Shown: positions 52,892 through 64,000 of the stretch, piece after piece
Numbering within the stretch: position 1 is the first letter of the stretch
Layout: every line of letters begins with the position of its first letter
NCBI GenBank assembly: GCA_963758635.1
Contig: CAVWWD010000004.1
Location: forward strand, 96,001 to 160,000
DNA: 64,000 nucleotides
From: an uncultured Candidatus Rokubacteria bacterium
Lineage (GTDB): Bacteria; Methylomirabilota; Methylomirabilia; Rokubacteriales; CSP1-6
Direction: 5' to 3'
Notes under the pieces: generated by a model
What the model was told of the DNA's origin: nothing
What the model saw: the letters and a program-made list of their open reading frames with translations, nothing else
Databases searched by the model: none
Program-made: the position numbers and the translations under genes

Positions 52892-53303
52892 CTACTCGGT
52901 GAGCTTCGACGCCTGGTAGCTGAGGAATCGCGACATCTGCCGCTTCAGCGTGCTCGGATTCGTCGGGTCGTAGGTGACGATGTTGTAGCTCGCGATGTCG
53001 AAGGGCAGGTCGCCCTTGGCGTGCGTGCTGAGCAGGATCACCGTCGGCTTGCCTAGCGAGGTCGCGATCCCCAGCTCATAGAAGACGGCCGGGCTCGGCG
53101 AGGACACGTCGGCGACGATCACGTCGGCCTGGCGCATCGCTTCCGAGAGGTCGCTCGCCGCCTGCGCTCCACGAGTGCGGGGCTCTGCAACAGAGACGGT
53201 GTCGACCGATGCCTCGCGGAAGGCTTCTTCGAGCGGACCGCGACTCGGCCCGTCGGGCGAGTTCTGTGGAGCCGAGCACCAAGGCTCTCATCTTCCGCGC
53301 CAT
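52892..53303 (-). CDS. Second nucleoside 2-deoxyribosyltransferase-like protein (frameshift ~53220)
   Basis: ADVIVADVSSPSPAVFYELGIATSLGKP, LPFDI; ATG at 53303 with AAAGGG RBS. Confidence 0.7.
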
Positions 53304-53523
53304 ATCGTGTCCCTTTCGTCTACTCGGCGGCCGCTTGCAGCGTAGCACGGACCATGAGCGCTGTCCGGCCCCTCTCCGGACGGCACAGCAGTCGGGTGGC
53401 GCCGATTGACCGCCGTGGGGCGACCGCCTACTCTGTCGGGTCAAGCGCTCCGAGAGGCGTCGGACGCCGCGGGTCGCTCCGGAGAGCTCCGGTGGCCCGG
53501 CAAGTCGAGGAAGGAGAGACCCG

Positions 53524-54591
53524 ATGAGTCTACCCACGACGATGCAGGCGACCGTGCTCATGGCCCCGGACCGGTTCGAGCTGCTCGAGCGGCCGGTGCC
53601 GCGGGTCGGGCCAGAGGACTGCCTGGTCCGCGTGCGCGCCTGTGGCATCTGCGGCACCGACCTGAAGATCATCCACGGCGGCCTCCCGCACATGCCGCCC
53701 TACGGTGAGTTCATCTTCGGCCACGAGTACGCCGGCGACATCGTCGCGGTGGGCGAGACGGTGGACGAGTTCCGCGTGGGGGACCGCGTGGTCGTCGAGG
53801 CGCACATGGGCTGCCGGCGGTGCGAGAACTGCATCCGCGGGCTCTACACCGCGTGCCTGAACTTCGGCAACGCGCGGCGCGGCCACCGGGCCAACGGCTT
53901 CACCACCAACGGCGGGCTCGCCGAGTACGCGCTGAACCACGTCAACACGCTCTACCGCATCCCCGACGAGGTGTCGTACGAGGAGGCGGTGGTGGTGATG
54001 ACGGCGGGCAGCCCGCTCTACGGCCTCGAGCGGGCCGGCGGCTACTTCGCGGGGGAGACCGTCGCGGTGCTCGGCCCCGGGCCCATCGGGCTCATGGCCG
54101 TGCAGCTCGTCAAGGCGCTCGGAGCGGTCCGCGTGATCCTCACCGGCACGCGGCCAGGGCGGCTGGCGCTCGGCAAGGAGCTGGGCGCCGACGTGATCGT
54201 GAACGCGCGCGAGCAGGACCCGGTGACGGTGGCCCGCGAGGCCACGGGCGGCCGCGGCGTGGACGTGACGATCGAGTGCGCGGGCGGGGACGACACCTTC
54301 GACCAGGCGATCAAGATGACCAAGCCGGGCGGCCGCGTCATCCTGGTGGCCTTCTACCACGGGCCCATCACCGCGGACGTGGGCGACGCCGTGCGCCGCA
54401 ACCTGACGATCTACACCGAGCGTGGGGAGGGCGGCACCAGCGTCGGCCGCGCGCTGGCCATGCTCGCCGCGGGCCGCATCCAGGCCCAGCCCCTCGTGAG
54501 CCAGACGTTCCCCCTCGCCGAGGTGCACCGCGGCTTCGAGGTGGCGGAGAAGCGCATCGGCGACCCGATCAAGGTGGTGTTCCACCCGTGA
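53524..54591 (+). CDS. Zinc-dependent alcohol/polyol dehydrogenase
   Basis: CGICGTD, GHEYAG, CRRCENCxxG...C, GPGPIG. Confidence 0.93.
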   Translation: MSLPTTMQATVLMAPDRFELLERPVPRVGPEDCLVRVRACGICGTDLKIIHGGLPHMPPYGEFIFGHEYAGDIVAVGETVDEFRVGDRVVVEAHMGCRRCENCIRGLYTACLNFGNARRGHRANGFTTNGGLAEYALNHVNTLYRIPDEVSYEEAVVVMTAGSPLYGLERAGGYFAGETVAVLGPGPIGLMAVQLVKALGAVRVILTGTRPGRLALGKELGADVIVNAREQDPVTVAREATGGRGVDVTIECAGGDDTFDQAIKMTKPGGRVILVAFYHGPITADVGDAVRRNLTIYTERGEGGTSVGRALAMLAAGRIQAQPLVSQTFPLAEVHRGFEVAEKRIGDPIKVVFHP

Positions 54592-54679
54592 GCCGGCGGG
54601 CTGACGGGCAGGCGCGTGGCGTGCGGCTGATGGATCGGCCGTTCCGCTCGACGAAGTGCTCCGTGGGCCGACGGATCCC

Positions 54680-55469
54680 ATGGCCCTCGCGCGGCTCCTC
54701 GTGGGCCGCACGAACCAGGAGCGCGAGGCGGCGGTCGCGGCCTACCTGACCCACCGCGGCTGGGTCTTCTCGCGGCATGCGTTCGCCTCGGTCGAGGGGC
54801 GCGGCGAGAACTACGAGGTCGACGTGGGCGAGGGCGACCGCATCCTCGTCCTCGCTGCCCACCACGACGCCGTGCCCGACAGCCCGGGGGCGAACGACAA
54901 TGCCGTCGCCGTCGGCATCCTGCTCCACCTGGCCGAGCGGCTCGCGCGCCGCCGGCCCGCCGGGCTCCGCGTGCGCTTGCTCTTTCCGGCGGCGGAGGAG
55001 GGCGGCTACCTCGGCGCGCGCGCCTACGTGCAGGACCGTCCACTCGACGGCATCGTCGGCGTGCTCAGCCTCGAGCTCTGCGGGATCGGCGATTCACTGG
55101 TCGTCTGGGACGCGGACGTCCCCACGCCGTTCCTCCGGTCCGTGAGCGCCGCGATGGAGAAGCTCGGTCGTCGGCCCGACGAGAGCTACCACGTGGTCGG
55201 CCGCATCCCGGTGTTCGGGAGCGACCACCGGGCCTTCGCCGCCGCCGGCATTCCGGCCTACGGCCTGAGCATCGTGCCGGCCCGCGAGGCCGACGCCCTG
55301 CGCCGGTTCGTGCTGAATCCCACGGAGAGCCCGTTGGGCGCGGACGGCCGCATCCCACCGCCCTTCGATACCTACCACACGCCCGGCGACTCGCTGGCCA
55401 CCCTCGATCCTGCCGCGTGCGCCGCCGTTGCTCGCGGCGCTGGAGGCCGTCATCGCCGAGCTGGGCTGA
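54680..55469 (+). CDS. M28 family peptidase (frameshift near 3' end)
   Basis: AAHHD, PGANDNA, AAEEGG, GSDHRAF, YHTPGD. Confidence 0.85.
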
Positions 55470-55476
55470 GGCGCGG

Positions 55477-56463
55477 TCAGTCTCGTCTCGAATACCAGTC
55501 CAGCACTCGCAAGGCGCGGAGGGTGTTCCACCGGCTCGGCCGGCCCTCGCGTTCGTCCGTCTCGATCGGCATCTTGCCGGGGTGCTGCGTCTCGAGCGGC
55601 CACCTGCCGTCGTGGTCGCGCTTCGACGTGACCAGGTCGATCGCGTCGGCCACGCGCTCGTCAGGCACGACGCCGGCGCGGCGCAGGTGCTCGAGTCCCC
55701 GCAACACGTCGTAGTGCCACCACGTCGGGAAGGCGAAGCGCGTCCACGCGGAGCCGCCCTTGCGATCTCGCTCGATCACCTCGCCGGTCGACCTCCGGCG
55801 GAAGAGGCGGCGCTCGAGCAAGTACTGCTGCCCGCGGAGACGGGCGCCCGTCACCTCTGGGCTGTTCCCGATGGACCGTTCGTATTCGAGCAGGGCTTCG
55901 AGCACGCAGATGGTGGTGTTGAACGATGACCGCGTCGAGCCGTTGGGCGCCTCGCAGTTCCAGCCACCGTCGGCCAGCTGCTCGCCGAGCAGCCGGTGGA
56001 CGATGCCCCGGACGTCCTGGCCGAAGTAGGCGCCGACCGCCGCCACCTGCCCGTTGATACAGGGCTCGACCTCGCCTTGGAAGAAGGCATGGCCATCACA
56101 TTCCGGCGGGCCGCATCCCTGCCACGTCACCCGGTCGCGGACGAGGCCCACGGCGCAGCGTGCCTGGTCGCTCGCGGGATCGAGACCCATGTCCCGCAGC
56201 AGCATCAGGACGTGCATGGTGGAGTTCCACCCGCGGTTCCACGCCGCGGCGCCCCATCGCGCGTCGGCCGCCTGGCGGGCGAGCAGCCGCGCGCCCGCGC
56301 CCTCGCTGGCGACTCGCGCGCGCTCGGCCGCGACCTCGTCCGCCGGCGCATCGGTCAGGTCGCGCATCACCTGCCAGCGGATCGAAGGATCGGAAGCGAG
56401 CAGCCAGCGTATGACCGAGGGCTGCGGCCTTGTGGCGTGCCGTCTGGGTAGATTGGTCGCCAT
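55477..56463 (-). CDS. Squalene cyclase/prenyltransferase-fold hypothetical protein
   Basis: WLLASDPSIRWQV, EPCING, QLADGGWNC QW-like motif, FPTWWHYDVLRGL, SRWNTLRALRVL. Confidence 0.75.
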   Translation of the reverse strand: MATNLPRRHATRPQPSVIRWLLASDPSIRWQVMRDLTDAPADEVAAERARVASEGAGARLLARQAADARWGAAAWNRGWNSTMHVLMLLRDMGLDPASDQARCAVGLVRDRVTWQGCGPPECDGHAFFQGEVEPCINGQVAAVGAYFGQDVRGIVHRLLGEQLADGGWNCEAPNGSTRSSFNTTICVLEALLEYERSIGNSPEVTGARLRGQQYLLERRLFRRRSTGEVIERDRKGGSAWTRFAFPTWWHYDVLRGLEHLRRAGVVPDERVADAIDLVTSKRDHDGRWPLETQHPGKMPIETDEREGRPSRWNTLRALRVLDWYSRRD

Positions 56464-56535
56464 CGACTACTTCCAGCATGCCCTGGTCATCCGGTGGTGT
56501 CCCGATTGCGGTGGAAATAGCGGCGCGGCTTCCGG

Positions 56536-57517
56536 TCATTCAATGATCTGACCCGCCTGCAGTCGTAGCGATTGCGGGATCGTGAGACCGATCTCCCGCG
56601 CGATGCGGAGATTGAGGGCGAGTCCGACCTCGTCGTAGTTTTCAACCGGTAGGTCCTTCGGGTGCCGCCCCGACAGGATCCGCTGGACATGCTTCGCCGA
56701 CAGACGGCCGATCTGTTGGTAGTTGGTACCGTAGCTCGCAAGGGCGCCTTTGGCGACCAAGCTTTGCTCATGGAACATCGTCGGTAACTTCTTGCCCCTT
56801 GTGGCCTCGATGATCAGCAGCGCCTGGCTTGTTTCCAGCAAGCCCGGCGTGTGGAAGTAGGCGTCCGCTTCTCGCGACTTGAGCCCCTGCAGGTTCAGGC
56901 GGAGTTCCTCGATCGAGGCCACGTGCCGCTCGACAACCTGCACGCCTAACTGCCGCGCGGCGTCCCGGCCGAGCCGGGCGTTCTCTCTCGAGAGCGGCTC
57001 ACCGGGGTTGTAGAACGTTACCACCCGACGGAGCCTCGGGATCATCTCCTTCAGGACTGCTAGGCGCTTTGCGGTGATGTCGCGCGTGACGCCGTGGACG
57101 CCGGTCAACCGCCCGCCCGGTTTCCCCGGGCTCTCCACCAGCCCCAACGCGACCGGATCGGCCCCAACGTAGAACACGATAGGGGTCCGTGCCGTCGCCC
57201 GTCTTGCCGAGATCGTGACTTGCGAGGTGACCGTGTAGATGAGGTCGACTTTCCCTCGTTCGAGATCCCTCGCCGCCTGCTCGGCCGCATTCGGATCGGC
57301 CTCGATCTCCCGGATGTCCAGGACGAGCTGTTTACCCTCTTCGAGCCCGAGTTCCCGGAGCCCTTGCCGCAGTCCGTCCACCACCACGTGGTGATGGCCG
57401 CTGACGTGGATGATCCCCACGCGATGCACGTGTCCCGGGCGGTTGCCCCCGGACGGCGTACGGCGCGGCGAGCAAACCGAGGGCGAGGGCGACTGCGAGC
57501 GGAGCGCGTTTGATCAT
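56536..57517 (-). CDS. ABC transporter substrate-binding protein (orphan; frameshift ~57430)
   Basis: Signal peptide, GLRELG, VDLI, DPVALGLVES.GKPGGRLTG, ALASYG, PKDLPVE, IGLTIPQSL. Confidence 0.85.
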
Positions 57518-57840
57518 CAAGCCGCCACTGCGGTGTGCTGGCTGAGCACCGGGACGATCTTCCGCCAGCCGTCGATTCGGCGCAACGTGATCTGCCCGCT
57601 CGCCGCGAGGCTAGAGAGCAAGACCAGCGCCGCGTCTTCGCTTGGCGGCGAGCCCTGCGTGTTCACGCGGCGGCGAAACTCCTCATGGCGCCGCTCGATC
57701 ACGTTCGTGCTGCGCGGCGCTTTCCACTGCGTTGTCGGGAGGCGAAAGAACGTGAGGAGTTCGTCGCCACCTTCTCGAGGGCTCGTCACCACGCCCGAGC
57801 AGCGCTTGGCCCACGTGCGCTCGAAAGTCGCGTAGGCGGT
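57517..57840 (-). mobile_element. IS256-family transposase C-terminal remnant
   Basis: ELLTFF.LP..QWK..RSTNVIER..EEFRRRV.TQG...LRRIDGW; degenerate, no N-terminus. Confidence 0.78.
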
Positions 57841-58021
57841 GCGGTGTTGCGCGGGAGGGTGGCCAGGGTGTTGCCGCGCCTCGGTGACCCGAGGGCGCGA
57901 CCGGGTCCGGATGCGGCGAAGGCCGCGATGCGCGTCGTCGATTCGTGAGGCGGCGAGGCTCCTCGGTGCCTGGGCGGCCCACACGGGCGGCAGCAGCCGG
58001 ATCCTTCCGGCCGCAGCCTGG

Positions 58022-59637
58022 CTACTCCGGCGCCAGCCAGATGGTGTCGAGCTGGCTGTTCAGGTAGTGGCTGGGCGTGATCGTCCACCCGCGCACGCGC
58101 GAGTTGTGCGGGATGATCCGGTGCCACCAGAGGAGCGGCACCACGTGGGCCTGGTCGTCGAGGACGCGCTTCTCGAACTCGCGCACCAGCTTCTTGCGCT
58201 CCTCGGGGTCGCGGGCGCGGGCCTGGCGGTCGTAGAGGCCGTCGAGGACGCGATCGGTGTAGCGGCCGTAGTTGCCGTCGGCGCGATCGGTGGACTGGAA
58301 CACCGCCAGGTCGAGGTCCGGCTCCACGATGTAGCCGCACCACGCGGCGATGCTCATCTCGAAGTCGCCGGAGCGCAGCGCGCTGAACCACGCCGCGCTC
58401 TCCATCACCTTCTGGGTCACGTTGAGGCCGATCTTCCGCCACTGGTCGATGAGCCAGATGGTGGCGGGCTCGTAGGGCTCGGGCAGGTTGCGGTTGGTGA
58501 AGACGAACGAGAACCCGTCGGGGACGCCGGCCTCGCGGAGGAGCCGCCGGGCCTCGCGCCGGTTGGCTTCGATGTCGCGGCCGAAGCCGGCCAGCCGCGT
58601 CAGCTCCGCCTCGGACGCCGCGTAGGGCGTGCCGGGCACCTGGAGGCCGCCCACCTCCTTCATGATCGTGATCTTCGACAGGTTCTTCGACCCGTCCCAG
58701 CGGTCCAGGGCCAGGCTGAGCGCGCGCCGCACCCGCGGGTCGTCGAACGGCTTCTTCTCGTGGTTGGCCCACGCGAACATCAGGCAGTCCCACGGGCTCT
58801 CCTTGACGGTGATCTTCGCGCCCATGGCCTTCACCAGCTCGTCCCGGCGCGCCGGGTTGAACGAGCGGAACTCGATCATCGCCCGCTCCCCGCGCACGGC
58901 CGCGATGCGCGCGCTGGTGTTGGGCACGAAGAAGGCGCGATAGCCGTCGAGGTAGGGCTTCCCCTTGTCCCAGTAGTCGGCGAACTTCTTGCCCACCCAG
59001 TGCGAGCCCTTCACGTGCTCGACGAACGTGAACGGCCCGGTGCCCATCACGTTGGACTCGTACCAGCGCGGATCCTTGGCGATGAGGTCGGCCTTGTAGA
59101 TGAAGTTCCAGGGCGAGGCGAGGCTCGCGAGGAAGCCGGCCGACGGGTGCTTGAGCCGGAAGATCACGGTCTGGGCGTCGGCCGCCTCGATCGCCTCGAT
59201 GACGGTGTACTGCCCCTTGCGCGGGCTGGTGACGCCGGGCGGCGGATTGGCGATCTTGTCGTAGCTCGCCTTCACGTCGCGGGCGGTGAGGGTGGAGCCG
59301 TCGTGGAACTTCACGCCGCGGCGGACCTTGAACGTGTAGGTGAGGCCGTCGCCGGAGATCGTCCAGCTCTCGGCGAGGTCGCCGACCACCTTCGTGCCCG
59401 TGGGGTCGGTGGGCTCCGTGCGCAGGAGCGTGCTGTAGTGCGGGGCGATGGGATGGATGAGGCCGAACGTCTCCTCCCGGTGCCCGTCGTAGCTCGGCAT
59501 CTCGGAGCCGACGACGAACGTCAGCTCGCCGCCGTGGCGCGGGGCCTGGGCGTGAGCGGCCGGGCGCGCCGGCGGCGAGCGACGCGACGAGCGATCAGGA
59601 CGACGGCGACGAGAGCGGGGCGAAAGCCTCGATGCAT
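58022..59637 (-). CDS. ABC transporter substrate-binding protein, family 5 (frameshift in signal region)
   Basis: HGGELTF, DLAESWTIS.DGLTYTFKVRRGVKFHDG, MGTGPF, PFDDPRVRRA; ATG at 59637 after GAGGAG. Confidence 0.9.
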
Positions 59638-59786
59638 GGGCGCTCCTCTCGGAACGAGTTGGGGTCACGCGTGAGCCGGAGGGTCACGCGGGCGCGATCT
59701 TGGCACGCGCCGAACAAGGTGTCCACTCCGCTCGACGGGCCGGGTATGATAGCGCCCGATCCCATCCCCCCTCGCGAGGAGCCGTC

Positions 59787-61874
59787 ATGACAGCCATCAG
59801 CCAGTCCGTCAGCCTCGACCGCCGCGGTCGCGTCGCCGTCCTCACCGTGGACAACCCGCCCGTGAACGCGCTCAGCCAGCACGTGCGCCAGGGGCTCGAC
59901 GAGGGCATCCGTCAGGCCGTGGCCGACGCCGCCGTGGGCGCCGTGGTCATCACGTGCGCCGGCCGCACGTTCATCGCCGGCGCCGACATCACCGAGTTCG
60001 GCAAGCCGCCCCGCGAGCCCGGGCTGCACGGCGTGCTGGACCGGATCGAGGGCTGCTCGAAGCCGGTGATCGCCGCCATCCACGGGACCGCGCTGGGCGG
60101 CGGCCTCGAGGTGGCGCTGGCGTGCCACTACCGGGTGGGCGTCAAGAGCGCGCGGTTCGGGCTGCCCGAGGTGAAGCTGGGCCTGCTCCCCGGCGCGGGC
60201 GGCACCCAGCGGCTGCCGCGCGTGGCCGGCGTGGAGAAGGCGCTCTCGATGATCGTCAGCGGCGACCCGATCGGGGCCGACGAGGCGCTCCGGACCGGCC
60301 TCATCGACGAGATCGTGGACGGCGCCGACCTGACCGCGGCCGGTTGCGCCTTCGCGGAGAAGGTGCTCGCGGACAAGCGGCCCCTCAAGAAGATCCGCGA
60401 CCTCGACGACAAGGTGGCCGCGGTGCGCGGCAAGCCCGAGGTGTTCGCGAACTTCCGCAAGTCGGTCGCCCGCCAGACCCGCGGCTTCCGCGCGCCCGAG
60501 AACTGCATCAAGGCGGTGGAGGCGGCGGTGAGCCTGCCCTTCGACCAGGGCCTGGCGCGCGAGCGCGAGCTGTTCGCGGAGCTGATGGCCTCTGCGGAAT
60601 CCAAGGCCCAGCGCTACTTCTTCTTCGCGGAGCGCGAGGCGGCCAAGATCCCCGACGTGCCGGCCGACACCCCGCCGCGCGACGTGAAGAAGGCCGCGGT
60701 CATCGGGGCCGGCACGATGGGCGGCGGCATCGCCATGAACTTCGCCAACGCGGGCATCCCCGTGACGGTGGTGGAGGTGGCGCAGGAGGCGCTGGACCGC
60801 GGGATCGGCGTGGTGCGGAAGAACTACGAGGCCACCGCGGCGCGCGGCCGTCTCACGCCCCAGGACGTCGAGAAGCGGATGGGCCTCATCCGCGGCACCA
60901 CCGACTTCGGCGCCATCGCCGACGCCGACCTGGTCGTGGAGGCGGTCTTCGAGGAGATGCCGATCAAGAAGGAGGTCTTCGCGCGCCTCGACAAGATCGC
61001 CAAGCCCGACGCCGTGCTCGCCACCAACACGTCCACCCTGGACGTGAACGAGATCGCCTCCGCCACCGCGCGGCCGGAGAGCGTGATCGGCATGCACTTC
61101 TTCAGCCCGGCCAACGTGATGCGCCTGCTGGAGAACGTGCGCGGGGTCAAGAGCTCGCCAACCACGATCGCCACCGCGATGACGATCGGCCGGCGCATCG
61201 CCAAGGTGCCCGTGCTCGTCGGCGTGTGCTACGGCTTCGTCGGCAACCGCATGCTCCACCAGCGTGGGATCCAGGCCGATCGGCTCATCCTGGAGGGCGC
61301 GCTGCCGCACCAGGTCGACAAGGTCCTCTACGACTTCGGGTTCCCGATGGGCCCGTTCGCCATGAGCGACCTCGCCGGCCTCGACGTGGGCTGGCGGATC
61401 CGCAAGGGGCGCGGCGTCACCTCGCCGGTGGCCGACCGGATCTGCGAGCTCGGCCGCTTCGGGCAGAAGACGGGCGCCGGCTACTACACCTACGACGCGA
61501 ACCGCACGCCGAGCCCGGACACCGAGGTGGAGAAGATCATCGTGCAGGTGTCGGCGGAGCAGGGGATCACGCGGCGCCACGTCACGGACGAGGAGATCCT
61601 GCAGCGTCTCCTCTACCCGATGGTGAACGAGGGCGCCAAGATCCTCGAGGAGAAGATCGCCATCCGGCCGAGCGACATCGACGTGATCTGGGTGTACGGC
61701 TACGGCTGGCCGGTGTACCGCGGCGGCCCGATGTTCTGGGCGGACCAGATCGGGCTCAAGGCCGTCCGCGACCGGATGGCGCAGTTCCAGCGCGAGACCG
61801 GCGACGCGTTCTGGACGCCGGCCCCGCTGCTGTCGCGCCTCGCCGACCAGGGCAAGGGCTTCCTCGCGTCATAG
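59787..61874 (+). CDS. Enoyl-CoA hydratase/3-hydroxyacyl-CoA dehydrogenase multifunctional protein (FadB/PimF-like)
   Basis: [60 protein letters not shown]. Confidence 0.94.
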   Translation: MTAISQSVSLDRRGRVAVLTVDNPPVNALSQHVRQGLDEGIRQAVADAAVGAVVITCAGRTFIAGADITEFGKPPREPGLHGVLDRIEGCSKPVIAAIHGTALGGGLEVALACHYRVGVKSARFGLPEVKLGLLPGAGGTQRLPRVAGVEKALSMIVSGDPIGADEALRTGLIDEIVDGADLTAAGCAFAEKVLADKRPLKKIRDLDDKVAAVRGKPEVFANFRKSVARQTRGFRAPENCIKAVEAAVSLPFDQGLARERELFAELMASAESKAQRYFFFAEREAAKIPDVPADTPPRDVKKAAVIGAGTMGGGIAMNFANAGIPVTVVEVAQEALDRGIGVVRKNYEATAARGRLTPQDVEKRMGLIRGTTDFGAIADADLVVEAVFEEMPIKKEVFARLDKIAKPDAVLATNTSTLDVNEIASATARPESVIGMHFFSPANVMRLLENVRGVKSSPTTIATAMTIGRRIAKVPVLVGVCYGFVGNRMLHQRGIQADRLILEGALPHQVDKVLYDFGFPMGPFAMSDLAGLDVGWRIRKGRGVTSPVADRICELGRFGQKTGAGYYTYDANRTPSPDTEVEKIIVQVSAEQGITRRHVTDEEILQRLLYPMVNEGAKILEEKIAIRPSDIDVIWVYGYGWPVYRGGPMFWADQIGLKAVRDRMAQFQRETGDAFWTPAPLLSRLADQGKGFLAS

Positions 61875-62130
61875 CCGAGACGGCGGAGCCTCGGGCTACC
61901 CTCGAAGTCGCGTGTCTGCCCGGGGGCATGGTGGCGGCAGGGGCGCGGCCACCTGTTCGCGACTGGGCCGTTGTTACTGTGTCGATAGTACGCATGGCGC
62001 GAAAGTACAGCCCCCGGGTGCCGCAACTACCTCTTGCGGAGGCCCTCGAAGCCTCCCTTCGGCTGGTACACCTCTTGCTCGCGTGCCGGACATGGACCCC
62101 AGTCTGTCCGCGGAGCGGAGGTAGAGAGAC

Positions 62131-62373
62131 ATGGTAAGGATCGCCGCACACACCCCACGGGGATCCGAGGACGTGATCGAGTCCGCGATCTCGTTCTTCG
62201 GCCCCGGCGGGCTTGGTCTGCAGATGAATCATCGGGCCGCCGACCACGTCAGCTTCGAGGGCGGCGGCGGCTTCGTCACGGTCGACTCGGTCCGCCTGGA
62301 GGGCCAGAACGAGGTGACCGTGATCGCCCAGGAGTGGGAGCTGCACGCCAGCCGCTTCATGCGCCAGTTCTGA
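62131..62373 (+). CDS. Hypothetical protein (80 aa)
   Basis: GGAGG upstream; host-like GC3 codon bias; FFGPGGLGL motif. Confidence 0.65.
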   Translation: MVRIAAHTPRGSEDVIESAISFFGPGGLGLQMNHRAADHVSFEGGGGFVTVDSVRLEGQNEVTVIAQEWELHASRFMRQF

Positions 62374-62421
62374 CCCTCCGGGCCGGGCCCCGTGCCCGGC
62401 CCACCGGCGCAGATCCCCGTC

Positions 62422-64000
62422 TCAGATCAGCTCGCGCACCCGGTCCGACAGCACGGTGAGAGCGATGGCTCCGCGGTTCGGCTCTCCGCGCACGAGCGCG
62501 GTGGCGAGCTTCGAGACCTGGCCGGCCGTGACCTTGGGCGGGTAGGGCGGCTCGAACGGGTCGACGCGCGCTTCCACGATCACGGGACCGGGCGTGGCCA
62601 GCGCCTCGTCGAGGACCGCGCCGCACTGCAACGGATCGTCCACCATGAAGCCCGTGCCGCCGCAGCAGCGCGCGAACATGGCGAAGTCGATCGGCTGGAG
62701 GTCGCAGCCGTACTCCGGGTTGCCCAGGAACACCATCTGTTCCCACTTGATCATGCCGAGCGTGTCGTTCTTCACCACCACCACCTTGATGGGCAGCCGG
62801 TACTTGACCGCGGTGGCGAACTCCGCCATGAGCATCGAGAACCCGCCGTCGCCCACGAACGCCACCACCTGCCGGTCCGGGTAGGCGACCTGCGCGGCGA
62901 TCGCGTACGGCAGGCCGTTGGCCATCGTGGCGAGGTTGCCGGACAGCGAATGCTGCTGGGTGCCCCGCGCGGGCACGTGCCGCGCCCACCAGGTCGCGAT
63001 GGTCCCGCTGTCGCACGCGACGATCGCGTCGTCGCGGAGCCGCTCGCCGAGCGCGCGCGCCACCACCTGCGGCTTCATGGGCCGGTCCTCGCGGCTCGCG
63101 CGCTCGCGCATGAGCGCGCGCCAGGCGTCCATCCCGCGCTGGGCGGTCTCGAGGAAAGATCGATCGGACTTCGGCACGATCCGCGGCAGGAGCGTCTCGA
63201 GGGTGCGCCGCGAGTCGCCGACGAGCCCGACCTCCACCGGATAGCGGAGACCGATGCGGGCGGGGTCAATGTCGATCTGGATCGCCCGCGCCTGGCCCGG
63301 CTTCGGGTAGTACTCGATGTACGGAAACGACGTCCCGACCATCAGCAGCGTGTCGCACGCCTCGAGCGCCTCCTGCGAGGGGCGCGTGCCCAGGAGACCC
63401 ACCGGCCCCGTGGTGAACGGGCTGTCGTCCGGCACCACCGCCTTGCCGAGGAGCGCCTTCACGATGGGCGCCCCCAGCAGGTCGGCGGCGCGCTCCACGA
63501 GGTCGCCGGCGCCGAGGGCGCCCCGGCCGGCGAGGATGGCGACGCGCTTGCCGTCGTTCAGCAGCTCGACGGCGCGATCGAGGTCCGCGTCGGCGGGCAG
63601 GCGGGCGCTCCGGGAGAACACGTCGGAGGTGTGGCCGGGCACGTTGCGCTTCGAGCGCGAGGCGCCGGCCTTCATCTCCTGGACGTCCACGGGCACGGTC
63701 ACGTGCGCGACGCCGTGGTAGGCCAGCGCGGTGCGGCACGCGAGATCGGTCACGTTCTCGACATGGGCGGGGCCCATCACGCGCACGCTGTACTTCGCCA
63801 CGTCGGTGAAGAGCCGGTCGAGCTCGAACGTCCTGCTGGGTATGGGTGGCGATGAGGTCGTGGTACGTCATGCCGGTGATGGCGAGCACGGGCTGGCCGT
63901 CGAGCTTGGCGTCGTACAGGCCGTTCAGGAGGTGGATGCCGCCGGGCCCCGAGGTCGCGACGCAGACCCCGAGCTTGCCCGTGAACTTCGCGTAGGCGCA
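62422..64000 (-). CDS. ThDP-dependent pyruvate oxidase/dehydrogenase (5' end outside window; frameshift ~63825)
   Basis: TSGPGGIHLLNGLYDA, LLGKA, SGNLATMANGLPYAI, VGDGGFSMLM ThDP motif, LGMIKWEQ. Confidence 0.9.

Noticed and set aside
59700..59716. TTGGCACG as a sigma54 promoter
   Set aside because: No GC at the -12 position
1..64000. Programmed frameshifting or selenocysteine recoding to explain the split genes
   Set aside because: Breaks are scattered single-base indels without slippery sites or in-frame TGA at catalytic positions, consistent with sequencing error

Overview
A very GC-rich (visually about 70%+) bacterial window. The gene content (many solute-binding proteins, TTT/ABC transporters, amidohydrolases, LLM oxidoreductase, dapL) resembles Candidatus Rokubacteria/Methylomirabilota, but this is inference only. 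Many genes carry single-base frameshifts typical of long-read consensus, so several six-frame ORFs are false fusions. Most of the window is catabolic and transport genes: SDRs, MFS, CoxL-like molybdoenzyme, tctCBA, hydantoinase A and B, yqeC, 2OG-Fe(II) oxygenase, FadB-like protein, pyruvate oxidase and two vapBC modules. Four things stand out. (1) An ~11.4 kb minus-strand island (~23.7-35.1 kb) encodes an ART/NADase-like protein, two stand-alone TIR proteins, a MoxR ATPase and a very large membrane protein (vWA, ~13-14 WD40 repeats, multi-TM region, three tandem TIR domains). It looks like a TIR-rich MoxR-vWA conflict system with receptor-like topology. (2) A biuret/triuret uptake and hydrolase operon (biuH, trtA) has a sigma54/NtrC-type promoter and is divergently linked to fdrA-DUF1116-GGCT rather than a full allophanate hydrolase. 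(3) An uncalled 42-aa secreted micropeptide has its own sigma54-type promoter. (4) Structured intergenic repeats show compensatory base changes, including a duplicated gene junction with an inverted ~245-bp element. No rRNA, tRNA or CRISPR array was seen.
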